NCBI GenBank assembly: GCA_016186955.1
Contig: JACPKP010000002.1
Location: 5,566-69,565, forward strand
Length of the DNA stretch: 64,000 nucleotides
Reading direction: 5' to 3'
DNA from: Candidatus Daviesbacteria bacterium
GTDB taxonomy: Bacteria; Patescibacteriota; Microgenomatia; Daviesbacterales; UBA10151
The stretch's first letter is position 1; each line of letters begins with the position of its first letter. The position numbers and the translations under genes are program-made. Below are positions 38,520 to 47,658 of the stretch, piece after piece. The notes beneath the pieces are model-generated. The model made no database searches and was not told the DNA's origin. It was given only the letters and a program-made list of their open reading frames with translations.

Positions 38520-40445
38520 TTAACTTTTCAAAATAGATAAAAATGCTTCTTGGGGAATCTCTACCCTTCCTATCATCTTCATCTTCTTTTTCCCCTTCTT
38601 TTGTTTTTCCAACAACTTATCTTTCCTAGTCCTGTCACCCCCATAAAGTTTAGCTGTCACATCTTTCCTAAAAGGTGAGATTGTCTCCCTGGCGATAATT
38701 GTTCCCCCTATTGCAGCCTGGATTGCTACCGCAAAATTCTGACGGGGCAGAACCTCTTTTAATTTTTCTACCATCCGCCGGCCAACGGATTCAGCCTTCG
38801 GCCTGACCACTACTGTTGTTAGTGCATCCACTTTTTCCCTTCCCACTAAAATATCAACCTTTACGGCGTCTACCTCCCTAAAATCTAAAAATTCCCAATC
38901 CAATGATGCAAACCCGCTTGAGACTGATTTTAATTTATCGTAAAAATCCGTAATCATCTCTGACAGGGGCATCTCATAAAAAAGTTCTACCTGAAATCCG
39001 AAGTGAGTCATATTCAAAAATTTCCCCCGCCTTTCCTGCACCAACTCCATCACCAAACCGATAAAATTATTGGGTGCAAAAACTTTTAAACTGACCCAAG
39101 GTTCTTTCAGGTTTCTCATATTACTCAAATCCAATTCAGCCGGATTATTAATAAGCTGCTCACCAACCATATATGCTACTGACGGCACAGTTGCTAAAAG
39201 GTTAACTCCGAATTCTGCAGACAGTCTTTGCTGCACAACTTCTGCATGTAGCAGCCCCAAAAATCCGCATCTGAAACCTGAGCCCAAAGCAGCTGATTGT
39301 TCCTGTTCAAAGATAAAAGCCGGGTCATTTAATTCAAATTTAGACAGCGCCTCTTTCAGCTCAAAATATTCTGATGCCTCAATCGGATAGAACCCCACAA
39401 ACACCATTGGTTTTACAGTTTTGTATCCGGGCAATGGTACAACTTTTGAAACATCGCCATTAATCCATTCTTCCAACTTTTCACTTTTCACTTTACGCTT
39501 TAAGCTTGTTATAGTGTCACCTACATAAACCAGATCCGGCTCTTTAATCCCTGTTGCAATATACCCTATCTCCCCGCTTTGTAGGCTTTCACAAGACACC
39601 AGTTGTGGTGAAAAATAACCCACTTCCAAAATTTGCCCTTCTGCTTTTGTCCCCAAAAAATAAATTGGGGATTGCTCTTTTGGCGTCTCACCATCAAATA
39701 TTCTAACTTGGGCAATTACACCCTTATAAGGATCAAAAAATGAATCAAAAATCAGAGCCCGAAGGTGTGAACCTATGACACCCGACGGGTAGTTTAGGTT
39801 GACACCCTTACTCCCAGGTGGTGGAACACGTTCAATAATCCTTCCCAAAATCTCCTCAACACCTTGCCCTGTTTTACCGGATGCAAGTAAAATTTCCTCC
39901 CCTGAAAACCCGAAAGTTGCAACTAATTCTTTTTTACATTTTTCCACATCAGCATTTGGCAAATCTATTTTATTTATAACAGGTATCAGAGTTAGGTTTT
40001 GCTCCAATGCGGATAAACCATGCGCCAATGTCTGTGCCTGAATCCCCTGCGTGGCATCCACCAAAAGCACTGCCCCCTCAACTGCAGCTAAAGCCCTGGA
40101 AACCTCATAAGAAAAATCAACATGCCCGGGAGTATCGATCAGATTCAAAATATACTCTCCTGAATCTGGAAACTCGAAATTCGAAGCACGAATATCGAAA
40201 TTTTGATCATTCGCATTTTGATAATTAGAATTTGTTTCGGATTTCGGATTTCGATATTCGTATTTTAGTCTTACTGGCGCAAGCTTGATAGTAATACCTC
40301 GCTCACGCTCAAGCGCCAAAGAATCCAACAACTGGGGTTTCATTTTGTCAGGCGCAACAGTGTGGCAGATCTCCAAAAACCTGTCAGCTAGAGTTGATTT
40401 GCCATGGTCAACGTGGGCAATAATCGAGAAGTTCCTAATATTCAT
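38520..40445 (-). CDS. lepA: Elongation factor 4 (LepA) carrying an in-frame ~30-aa insertion encoded by a palindromic element
   Basis: IAHVDHGKSTLADR, DTPGHVDF, NKIDL and the LepA C-terminal domain. The insertion NPKSETNSNYQNANDQNFDIRASNFEFPDSG lies between the G1 and G3 regions and coincides with the palindromic repeat. Confidence 0.95.
   Translation of the reverse strand: MNIRNFSIIAHVDHGKSTLADRFLEICHTVAPDKMKPQLLDSLALERERGITIKLAPVRLKYEYRNPKSETNSNYQNANDQNFDIRASNFEFPDSGEYILNLIDTPGHVDFSYEVSRALAAVEGAVLLVDATQGIQAQTLAHGLSALEQNLTLIPVINKIDLPNADVEKCKKELVATFGFSGEEILLASGKTGQGVEEILGRIIERVPPPGSKGVNLNYPSGVIGSHLRALIFDSFFDPYKGVIAQVRIFDGETPKEQSPIYFLGTKAEGQILEVGYFSPQLVSCESLQSGEIGYIATGIKEPDLVYVGDTITSLKRKVKSEKLEEWINGDVSKVVPLPGYKTVKPMVFVGFYPIEASEYFELKEALSKFELNDPAFIFEQEQSAALGSGFRCGFLGLLHAEVVQQRLSAEFGVNLLATVPSVAYMVGEQLINNPAELDLSNMRNLKEPWVSLKVFAPNNFIGLVMELVQERRGKFLNMTHFGFQVELFYEMPLSEMITDFYDKLKSVSSGFASLDWEFLDFREVDAVKVDILVGREKVDALTTVVVRPKAESVGRRMVEKLKEVLPRQNFAVAIQAAIGGTIIARETISPFRKDVTAKLYGGDRTRKDKLLEKQKKGKKKMKMIGRVEIPQEAFLSILKS
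40165..40270. repeat. AT-rich palindromic element (CGAAAT family), copy inserted in-frame within lepA
   Basis: aaactcgaaattcgaagcacgaatatcgaaatttt ... gtttcggatttcggatttcgatattcgtatttt. The arms are reverse complements and match the intergenic copy at 12092-12200. Confidence 0.6.
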
Positions 40446-42070
40446 GTTTCTCCCACTACTTCTTTTGGGGTTACTTTAAGTTTGGTACGCCCAATCTTTT
40501 TCACCAATTCGGCATAAGTGTAAAGCTCTTTAATTTTTAACAACCAGACCAAAATTATATATACGATCAACCCAAAACATGAAGCAATTACTGTTAATAT
40601 AATTAAATTCACTGTCCTGGTAGTATCAAAAACCAATTGATCCAATTGTTTGATCGGTATATAAAGCGCAACAGCGGCAACAGCTGCAGAAACAAGCATC
40701 TTAAAAGCCGGCATCAGTAAACTGTACAAATTAAAACCGCCCACCCTTTTATGAAGAAAAGAAAAAAGCAGGACCAAAGACAGGTTTGAAGAGACAGAAT
40801 AAGAGATCCCCAAACCCCAAACCGGAAGATGCATCACGTTTATAAAAAGCAGGCTCAATAAAATATTAACCGCCACACTTATAATAGAAACTATAACGGG
40901 TGTTTTAGTATCCTTTAAGGCATAAAAAGCCCTGACTAAAAGCAACACAACAGATTGACTGACTAAACCAAGCGACAAAAAGGCAACTGTCCAACCTGTC
41001 AAAACTGTATCCTCCCAGCTGAAGCGGGCGGCGCCGAAAACCAGCCTTACCAACGGAATCCGCAGAATAATCAGTATCGCGCTCACAGGCAAAACCAAAA
41101 ATAAGATCTGATGCATGGTCGTCAAGAGGGTGATCTTAAATGCGGGAGATTCGTTCCTTGATTGCTCTCTTGATAAAACAGGCAATGCTGCTTGGGCAAT
41201 TGTTGCACCAAAAAGTCCAATCGGCGCTGTCTGCAAATGCTGGGCTACAGTCAGCAGGGATACCGAAGAATAGGAGATAACTGACGATAATGCGATTGCC
41301 ACAACATCATTTATCTGCTCTGCTATCAAACCTATATTCCTTATACTCATCAGCCGGAAAATCTCTTTGACGCCTTTATTTAAAAAATCAAAAGAAAGTT
41401 GATACTTAAACCCCAAAGATTTAATAAGGGGCACCTGGATCAATACATGTAACACCGCTCCTATTAAAACTCCAAAAGCAGGCCCATAAATACCGAAAAA
41501 TTGTGATAAAACAGTGATCCCTAAAATAATACCGACGTTATAAAAAAACGGGGCCAGGGCCGGTACAATAAACCTCTGGTAAGATTGCCCTACCGCTATA
41601 AAAAAAGAGCCTATTATCAAAAACAGCTGTGACAGTAATATTATCTTGGTCAACTGGTCTGTCACCTCTTTTTGGTGGCCGGAAAAACCAGGAATCAACA
41701 GGCTATTGAGGGGGACAACAAAGATAAAAGCTATAAGCGCCACCAGGCCAAAAACCAGCAGTGACAGGTTCAAAATATTTGAAGCGAATTCAAACGCCTG
41801 CCTTGGCCCCTTTTGGTGGAGGTATTCAGTAAAAATAGGTATGAACGCAACCGAGAGAGAGCCAAAAATTAAAAGTTGAAATATCAGGTCAGGCAGTTTA
41901 AAGGCTGCAAAAAAAATTGCTGATTGTGTTGTATCAAAATTATGGAATAATAATCTGTCTTTGATTAATCCTAAAAATTTAGAGGCAAAAATAGCAACCA
42001 TCAAAACCATCGCCCCTGAAAGGATACTGTTTTGCCTGGCTGCTAAAATAGAAAGAAAAGATTTTACCAT
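40442..42070 (-). CDS. murJ: Lipid II flippase MurJ (MviN)
   Basis: About 14 predicted TM helices. The N-terminus ASKFLGLIKDRLLFHNFDTTQSAIFFAAFKLPDLIFQLLIFGSLSVAFIPIF is typical of MurJ. Confidence 0.8.
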   Translation of the reverse strand: MVKSFLSILAARQNSILSGAMVLMVAIFASKFLGLIKDRLLFHNFDTTQSAIFFAAFKLPDLIFQLLIFGSLSVAFIPIFTEYLHQKGPRQAFEFASNILNLSLLVFGLVALIAFIFVVPLNSLLIPGFSGHQKEVTDQLTKIILLSQLFLIIGSFFIAVGQSYQRFIVPALAPFFYNVGIILGITVLSQFFGIYGPAFGVLIGAVLHVLIQVPLIKSLGFKYQLSFDFLNKGVKEIFRLMSIRNIGLIAEQINDVVAIALSSVISYSSVSLLTVAQHLQTAPIGLFGATIAQAALPVLSREQSRNESPAFKITLLTTMHQILFLVLPVSAILIILRIPLVRLVFGAARFSWEDTVLTGWTVAFLSLGLVSQSVVLLLVRAFYALKDTKTPVIVSIISVAVNILLSLLFINVMHLPVWGLGISYSVSSNLSLVLLFSFLHKRVGGFNLYSLLMPAFKMLVSAAVAAVALYIPIKQLDQLVFDTTRTVNLIILTVIASCFGLIVYIILVWLLKIKELYTYAELVKKIGRTKLKVTPKEVVGET

Positions 42071-42136
42071 CAGCTAAATTTTATGATATTATACAGGAGT
42101 TTGCCAAATAGCTTTAAGTTTGATAAAATACTCCCT

Positions 42137-42385
42137 ATGCCAATCATTAAATCAGCTATCAAAAAGGTACGCAAAGATAAAAAACGCACTATGCATAATA
42201 AAAAAAATAAGGAAACCATAAAGGGTTTAATCAAAAAGATGCGCAAAACACCAACTGCAAAAAATTTACAACAGGTTAGTAGCTCCCTGGATAAAGCTGC
42301 CAAAACCCATCTTATACACCCCAATAAATCTTCACGGCTTAAAAGCAGGCTTGCACATTTAATGACAACATCCGGTTTTCGGTAG
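42137..42385 (+). CDS. rpsT: 30S ribosomal protein S20
   Basis: MPIIKSAIKKVRKDKKRTMHNKKNKE with internal start and a basic helical protein of S20 size. Confidence 0.85.
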   Translation: MPIIKSAIKKVRKDKKRTMHNKKNKETIKGLIKKMRKTPTAKNLQQVSSSLDKAAKTHLIHPNKSSRLKSRLAHLMTTSGFR

Positions 42386-42467
42386 ACTTAAATAAGACTA
42401 CACCAGGCTGATTGCCACTTGGGTTTTACCCTAACTTGTTTTACAATAATCCTAATCTCACTAAATT

Positions 42468-43034
42468 ATGGCTAAGCCTGTCCAGAAAAATACGCCTAGA
42501 GTTAACTTGAACCTTTTGTACCCGCAGGGTATTGCCCAAAAACTTCCCATCCGCTTTTTGAGATGGCTGTTATCATATGGCCGCTTCATTGTTGTTGCAG
42601 TAGAGATATTCGTGCTGGCCGCATTCGCTTTCCGTTTTAAACTGGATGCTGATCTGACCAACCTTAAAGAACAGATTAACGAAAAAGTGCCTTTTATTGA
42701 AAGCCTATCAGCTGACGAGGCAAGGATCAAACAGACACAACAAAGGTTAGCTATTATTAAAAACGTCTATGCATTTTCCGGTTCATGGCAAGGCATTTTA
42801 TCCAAAATTAGTGCACAAATTCCAATTACTGCCAAGCTAACTAGTATAAATTCGGAAAAAAACGATAGTGGAGTTTTGCAATTTAAGTTAAATGCTCAAA
42901 CAACCAATATTAGTGATGTTGCTCTATTGTTAAAAGGGCTCAGGGAGGACAAGGAATTGAAAGATATCAACTTGTCCAATATAAGCTTTGAGCAAGGGTA
43001 TATATTATTTAGTATAACAGGGAGTATTAAATGA
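42468..43034 (+). CDS. PilN-like type IV pilus assembly protein
   Basis: Cytoplasmic N-tail, one TM helix (FIVVAVEIFVLAAFAFRF), a coiled-coil and a small periplasmic domain. The next gene is PilO-like. Confidence 0.5.
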   Translation: MAKPVQKNTPRVNLNLLYPQGIAQKLPIRFLRWLLSYGRFIVVAVEIFVLAAFAFRFKLDADLTNLKEQINEKVPFIESLSADEARIKQTQQRLAIIKNVYAFSGSWQGILSKISAQIPITAKLTSINSEKNDSGVLQFKLNAQTTNISDVALLLKGLREDKELKDINLSNISFEQGYILFSITGSIK

Positions 43035-43633
43035 ACCCACGGTATTCAAGATATTACATATTTGTAAAACCTATTTTTAAAAATAAGGTTGTCAAAAGTT
43101 ATGGGTATTTTATTTTTAGCCTCATCACTATCACTATTTTTGCTTTATTAGCAATCCGGCCAACTTTAAACACTATTGTCTCACTTCAAAAAAGTATTGC
43201 TGAACAACAAGGGATTTTGAAGCAATTGGATACAAAAACAGCCAATCTATCTGCAGGAAAACAAAATCTGGACAATCTGGATCCAGATGCAAAAAACAAA
43301 CTTTCAAGCTTACTCCCTGATTATACTTCCTTACCAAAATTAATTGACAACTTAACTACACTTGCTGTCCAAAACGAAGCTTCTATATCCGGATTACAAT
43401 TTCAACCTGTAGATCTCTTAGGTGCGCCGAAAACCCTTAGCAAAGATGCAAAACCCGAAGAGATAGAGTTTACATTAAACAGCCAAGGTTCGTATGAAAA
43501 TCTTTCCTTGTTTTTAAATTCCATTGTCACCACCAACCGCTTGATTAATATAAACTCAGTCAATTTTAATAAACCTCTTGATAGTCCTTTGAGCATGTCA
43601 ATAAATGCGGTAGCTTATTTTCTTAGGAATTAA
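43031..43633 (+). CDS. PilO-like type IV pilus assembly protein
   Basis: TM helix, a coiled-coil (QKSIAEQQGILKQLDTKTANLSAGKQNLDNL) and a C-terminal domain. Overlaps the PilN-like gene by 4 nt. Confidence 0.45.
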   Translation: MNPRYSRYYIFVKPIFKNKVVKSYGYFIFSLITITIFALLAIRPTLNTIVSLQKSIAEQQGILKQLDTKTANLSAGKQNLDNLDPDAKNKLSSLLPDYTSLPKLIDNLTTLAVQNEASISGLQFQPVDLLGAPKTLSKDAKPEEIEFTLNSQGSYENLSLFLNSIVTTNRLININSVNFNKPLDSPLSMSINAVAYFLRN

Positions 43634-43647
43634 TACTTTTAAGGTTT

Positions 43648-43908
43648 ATGAACAGGAAAGAACTGATTATAGTCTTTGCAATTACTTTTATAGTAGTCGC
43701 CATATGGATCATTTCAGATGCTTATCGCAATACTAAACCTTCTATACCGCCTGACCCTAAATTACAAAAAATTATGGATCCTGTTGACCCAAACTTTGAT
43801 GAAGAAACCATCAAGGCTATCAAAAACCCACCGGTGATACAAGTTCCGGTTATTACCAACCCGCAACCAAGCGAACAACCGGCAACGGGATCTGCTATTC
43901 CACAATGA
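43648..43908 (+). CDS. Small single-TM Pro-rich protein
   Basis: 86 aa with an N-terminal TM helix and a Pro-rich tail, overlapping the next gene. Confidence 0.3.
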   Translation: MNRKELIIVFAITFIVVAIWIISDAYRNTKPSIPPDPKLQKIMDPVDPNFDEETIKAIKNPPVIQVPVITNPQPSEQPATGSAIPQ

Positions 43909-44831
43909 AAATTCCAACATTATTGGGCTTGGCATTGCTGACAGTTGCAGTTGTTTTAGGCATCATCATTTTCTTTTATAAACAAAAGGTCCAAAAAGAA
44001 TTGGAACTTATTTTAATGCCTAAAAAAATCCAGGTGGCCAACATTACTGAATCTTCGGCAACAATAACCTGGCAAACATATACACCAGCGCTGGAGTCGG
44101 TGGTATACGGGGTTGATACAAATTTAGACCAGGCGCAAAATGATGACCGCAATCAAAATAACCAGGAGTTGCGTTTGACACATTTTGTAACCTTAAAAAA
44201 CCTGCAACCTGACAAAACCTACTATTTTAAGATACAAGGGCCACAATTCCTTTATCCAAACCAACCATTATCCTTTAAAACAGGCAAGGAAATCACAGCA
44301 GATACTACCCTAACCCCTCTGCGCGGAAGCGTTGTCGACCAAAGCCTGAACCCGGTTGACGAAGCTTTGGTGTTTCTAAAAATTACCGGAGCAGCTGAAC
44401 TGGCAGGTTTTACTACAACAGCAGGCAATTTTATAATCCCTTTAAAAGGCTTATACAAGCAGGATTTGGCAGGACAGTTTACACCCGAATTAATGCAGGA
44501 GGTTATTTTGACTGTATCCCGGGCAAATCTGGAGTCTTCTGCTGTGATAATTTTACCTCCGGTAAACCACTCCCTACCTCCAATTATACTGGGCGAAAAC
44601 CAGGATTTAAGGCATGAGATAGCAGCTTCCACTGCCCCAATTGCAACTATCTCCGCACAGCTGAAAAAGTTTGATTTAAACAATGACGGACAGTTGAATG
44701 CACTTGATGTATCAATTATGATTGACAATATTTCAAAAAAACAAAAATTAAAACAGGCTGATGTAAATGGGGACAGGAAAATTGACCAAAAAGATTTAGA
44801 CCTGCTGGAAAAAGCCCTCCAGTCGCTTTAA
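43905..44831 (+). CDS. Membrane-anchored protein with an FN3-like domain and a C-terminal dockerin-like Ca-binding repeat pair
   Basis: N-terminal TM, then ITWQTYTPALESVVYGVDTNL...TYYFKI (FN3/PAP-N-like), then DLNNDGQLNALDVSIM...DVNGDRKIDQKDLDLL (dockerin type I / EF-hand-like repeats). Confidence 0.5.
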   Translation: MKIPTLLGLALLTVAVVLGIIIFFYKQKVQKELELILMPKKIQVANITESSATITWQTYTPALESVVYGVDTNLDQAQNDDRNQNNQELRLTHFVTLKNLQPDKTYYFKIQGPQFLYPNQPLSFKTGKEITADTTLTPLRGSVVDQSLNPVDEALVFLKITGAAELAGFTTTAGNFIIPLKGLYKQDLAGQFTPELMQEVILTVSRANLESSAVIILPPVNHSLPPIILGENQDLRHEIAASTAPIATISAQLKKFDLNNDGQLNALDVSIMIDNISKKQKLKQADVNGDRKIDQKDLDLLEKALQSL

Positions 44832-44863
44832 AACCCATAGTCATTTGACTTCTCGTTTTAATT
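44811..44863 (+). repeat. Direct repeat 1 (gene-end plus promoter segment), with TTGACT-17-TATTAT promoter
   Basis: aagccctccagtcgctttaaaacccatagtcatttgac matches 46493-46528. -35 TTGACT at 44835-44840 and -10 TATTAT at 44858-44863. Confidence 0.6.
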
Positions 44864-44990
44864 CTGTTATTATCACCCTGCATTTATGTTTAAATGCTCT
44901 GCTCTTTCTTGAGCAGACAGCACTTTGAAAATTTGTGGAACAAAGTGAAGGAGGGATTTTTTAACCTATCGTTATCCGTCTGATCCGCCT

Positions 44991-46328
44991 TTGGTGGATC
45001 GTTCAGTCTCTAAATCAGGAGGAGTGATGAAAATCAGGCTAGTACTGACAGCAACCCTTGTGGTTGCCTACGCACTGTTTAATATGGCTTACGGGCCATT
45101 TCGCACAAACGTGCAGGCTCGTATGGCTACTGGTCAGGTCTCTAATGACCCCGCCACAGCAGCGCTTGCCCGCGCTGCTGCACAAAACGACCTGCTGATT
45201 ACTTGGGTTAGCGGAATACTGGTGGCGTTGTTGGTCCTTATCTGGATCACAGTGCTTCCAACACTTCTGCGGTTACTCAGAGACAACGGCAACGGTAAGA
45301 TACACATCATCGCCCTCGTGGTGATGCTGTTTGTCTTACCTTCCCTCGCCTGCGCCCCCTACAAAAAGGACCTCCTTGAGGAAATCGCTCCAAACGAGAC
45401 GGCTTTCCTGGTACCTCTTGAGGATACCAAAGACTCGCAAGCTCAGTTTCAAAGCGTGCAGTACCTCAATGAGAAAAAGGTAGCAGGCAAGAGGGTGACT
45501 ATCCCCCAGAGAGACTTGCATAAGGGCTATATGCCCTGGGAACTCGAATACATTCCAACCATGAAGGTCATTAAGGTTGACCGTACACCTGCAGTCCGTG
45601 AGTGGACCAAGGCTACGGATTCGGGCACGAGTGCCAACAACCAGGCCTTTAGGGTGGAATCAAACGAGTCCATCGATTTTTGGATCGGAGGTGTCGCAAG
45701 CGCCTCTATCAAGGAGGAAGACGCGGCAACCTTTTTGTACAACTTCCCCAATAAGCCTTTAGCCCAGGTTATGGACAGCAATGTCCGCAACATGGTGCAA
45801 AAGATCTTGTTCAATGAGTTCGGTATCCGGTCTCTTGACCAGGGAAGGCAGGACAAGAAGGTCATTTTTTCGTATACCGAGGAACAAGTCCGCGCTGCCT
45901 TTAAACCGCTCGGCCTCACTATTGATTACGTCGGCGGCAGTGAGGGTATGACTTACGCTGATCCCAAAATCCAGGAAGGGATCAATACGGTTTTCGCGGC
46001 ACAGTTGGAGAAATCCAGGCAGGAAGCGTTAAAACGGGCGCAGGAAGAGACAAACCTCAAGGATATCTCCGTCGCTGAAACCGCAAAGCGCAAAGTTGAG
46101 CTTGATGCCGACGCGAACGCTTATCGCACAAGGACTGAAGCGATAGCTTCGGCGGATGCCTTAAGGTTGAGAGGCGAACAACTCGATAAACACCCAAGTC
46201 TGGTTGACTTTGAAGTTGCCCAGCGCTACAAGGGTGATGTACCCGAAACTGTCGTTGACGGTGGTGGTGGCAACTTACCCGGGTTTTTCTTAAACCCTGG
46301 TCGCCGCACAACTCCTGTACAACGCTAG
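44991..46328 (+). CDS. SPFH/band-7 (stomatin/HflK-like) membrane protein, GC-rich gene
   Basis: Two or three N-terminal TM helices, then a band-7-like core (FLYNFPNKPLAQVMDSNVRNMVQKILFNEFGIRSLDQGRQ) and an Ala/Glu/Arg-rich coiled-coil (LEKSRQEALKRAQEE...AYRTRTEAIASADALRLRGE). Confidence 0.5.
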   Translation: MVDRSVSKSGGVMKIRLVLTATLVVAYALFNMAYGPFRTNVQARMATGQVSNDPATAALARAAAQNDLLITWVSGILVALLVLIWITVLPTLLRLLRDNGNGKIHIIALVVMLFVLPSLACAPYKKDLLEEIAPNETAFLVPLEDTKDSQAQFQSVQYLNEKKVAGKRVTIPQRDLHKGYMPWELEYIPTMKVIKVDRTPAVREWTKATDSGTSANNQAFRVESNESIDFWIGGVASASIKEEDAATFLYNFPNKPLAQVMDSNVRNMVQKILFNEFGIRSLDQGRQDKKVIFSYTEEQVRAAFKPLGLTIDYVGGSEGMTYADPKIQEGINTVFAAQLEKSRQEALKRAQEETNLKDISVAETAKRKVELDADANAYRTRTEAIASADALRLRGEQLDKHPSLVDFEVAQRYKGDVPETVVDGGGGNLPGFFLNPGRRTTPVQR

Positions 46329-46336
46329 TTCCACAA

Positions 46337-46452
46337 CTTTCTGCCGGTTAGCCTCAAGCTAACCCTAAAGCCACACAGGCGTGGCTTGATGGGACAGCCT
46401 CAAGGCTGACAGGCAGTTGGGCCCCGATGTAACAGTCGGGGCCTTTTTTTGC
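46337..46452 (+). terminator. ~110-bp structured element (three hairpins plus a GC stem/T7 intrinsic terminator), copy 1
   Basis: Hairpins ggttagc-ctcaa-gctaacc, gccac-acagg-cgtggc and cagcc-tcaa-ggctg, then gggccccgatgtaacagtcggggcc followed by TTTTTTT. Near-identical copy at 47659-47771. Confidence 0.65.
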
Positions 46453-46492
46453 CTGCCTGCAGAAATGAATCAAAAAGATATGGGCCTGTTAC

Positions 46493-46553
46493 AAAGCCCT
46501 CCAGTCGCTTTAAAAACCCATAGTTTGACAAATTATAAAATCTGTGCTAGAAT
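46493..46553 (+). repeat. Direct repeat 2 with a consensus sigma70 promoter (TTGACA-17-TAGAAT)
   Basis: aagccctccagtcgctttaaaaacccatagtttgac. TTGACA at 46525-46530, 17-nt spacer, TAGAAT at 46548-46553. Confidence 0.6.
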
Positions 46554-46721
46554 CCCAAGTGACAAAAGTTTTCAACTTTTGCAGCACATTAAAAATTTGA
46601 GGGCTATTCAGTCTATCAGTTGGGAAGCGCAAAGTATATCAAGCCTTTGGTGTATTTTGTGCTTCTCATCTGAGAGCTGGCAGACAGCAGCCATGGATGC
46701 TGACTTATCAAAAGGAGGAGG

Positions 46722-47074
46722 CTGTGAAAGCCGTCTTAGGAACAATCGGCGTGGTTCTTGGAGCGCTTTTAGTGCTCCTGGCGCTCACCTGGATGGCCCA
46801 GGGGAGCAATTTTTTCCTGTACAAGGTGTTCGCACATCAGTACGCGGTTGTAGAACGCGAGGTGTACGAAGGTACACCGAGCTACAATCAGGGGATGATT
46901 CAGGAGCTGCAGAACATGCAGCGCGAGTACCTGAAGGCTCCTGAGGATAGCAAACCGGCGCTGCGCAAGATCATTTTGCGTCGGTCGGATGCGTATCCGA
47001 ACAAGGATAGGATGCCTGCGGATCTGCAGGCTTTTATCGCTCAGCTTGAGCGCGAAGAGCGCTCTGCACGCTGA
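46722..47074 (+). CDS. Small single-TM protein (GTG start after AAAGGAGG RBS), GC-rich
   Basis: aaaggaggaggct followed by GTG AAA GCC... gives VKAVLGTIGVVLGALLVLLALTWMAQ... The longer track ORF from 46697 lacks an RBS. Confidence 0.4.
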
Positions 47075-47091
47075 CGAAAAAGGAGTAGCGA

Positions 47092-47643
47092 GTGAAGTCT
47101 CGTTTTAAACTCGTGCGGTTAGTAGCCGTAGCAGCTGTTTTGGTAACGGCAGTCTGGGGCTGCGCCCCAGCGCCTACGCCCACAAGTGACCAACAGCAGA
47201 CCCGGCAGCAGGACAAGCTGCTGGAAGAAGGTACCCGGCAGACCGGGATGCCCAACATCGTCAACTTCCGGGAACGGAAGATGATGAAGGACATCCTGGA
47301 ACTGCGTGACCAGGAAGGCTTGGTCACGTTCACCTACCTGGAGAATCTTTCTCCGATAGTGGTTCCGGGTAAAACCGCGCTGGGCGGAAAGTTGACGTTC
47401 CTTGGCGAGTCGGTTGGTTACGGGTTGCCGTATGCAACCCAATATACCAACCCGCAGAGGGTCATAAACCCCTACACGTCGGCGATAACCACCCTGCCCC
47501 AGGCTGACCCGAATGGGCTCTTCTCGCCGGCTTCGGCCGAGGGGACCTGGGTGATCCTGAAGGATCCGGGCAGCAATAAAACCGGGGTGGTTTACGTTGA
47601 ACCCCGGATTGTGGTTTCACCCTTCAAGTATCAACCAGACTGA
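47092..47643 (+). CDS. Lipoprotein (lipobox LVTAVWGC), GC-rich
   Basis: Signal peptide MKSRFKLVRLVAVAAVLVTAVWG followed by Cys. AAAAGGAG RBS upstream. Confidence 0.5.
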   Translation: MKSRFKLVRLVAVAAVLVTAVWGCAPAPTPTSDQQQTRQQDKLLEEGTRQTGMPNIVNFRERKMMKDILELRDQEGLVTFTYLENLSPIVVPGKTALGGKLTFLGESVGYGLPYATQYTNPQRVINPYTSAITTLPQADPNGLFSPASAEGTWVILKDPGSNKTGVVYVEPRIVVSPFKYQPD

Positions 47644-47658
47644 CTCTCGAATTCAATC

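Noticed and set aside
46350-46372. Integron attC-like site (GTTAGCC...GCTAACC)
   Set aside because: The inverted core sequences are directly adjacent as a simple hairpin rather than separated R''/L''-L'/R' boxes. No intI gene is present. A structured terminator element fits better.
46417-46944. 175-aa ORF spanning the terminator, direct repeat 2 and promoter
   Set aside because: It reads through an intrinsic terminator and a promoter and has no RBS. The in-frame-shifted GTG-initiated ORF at 46722 with an AAAGGAGG RBS is preferred.
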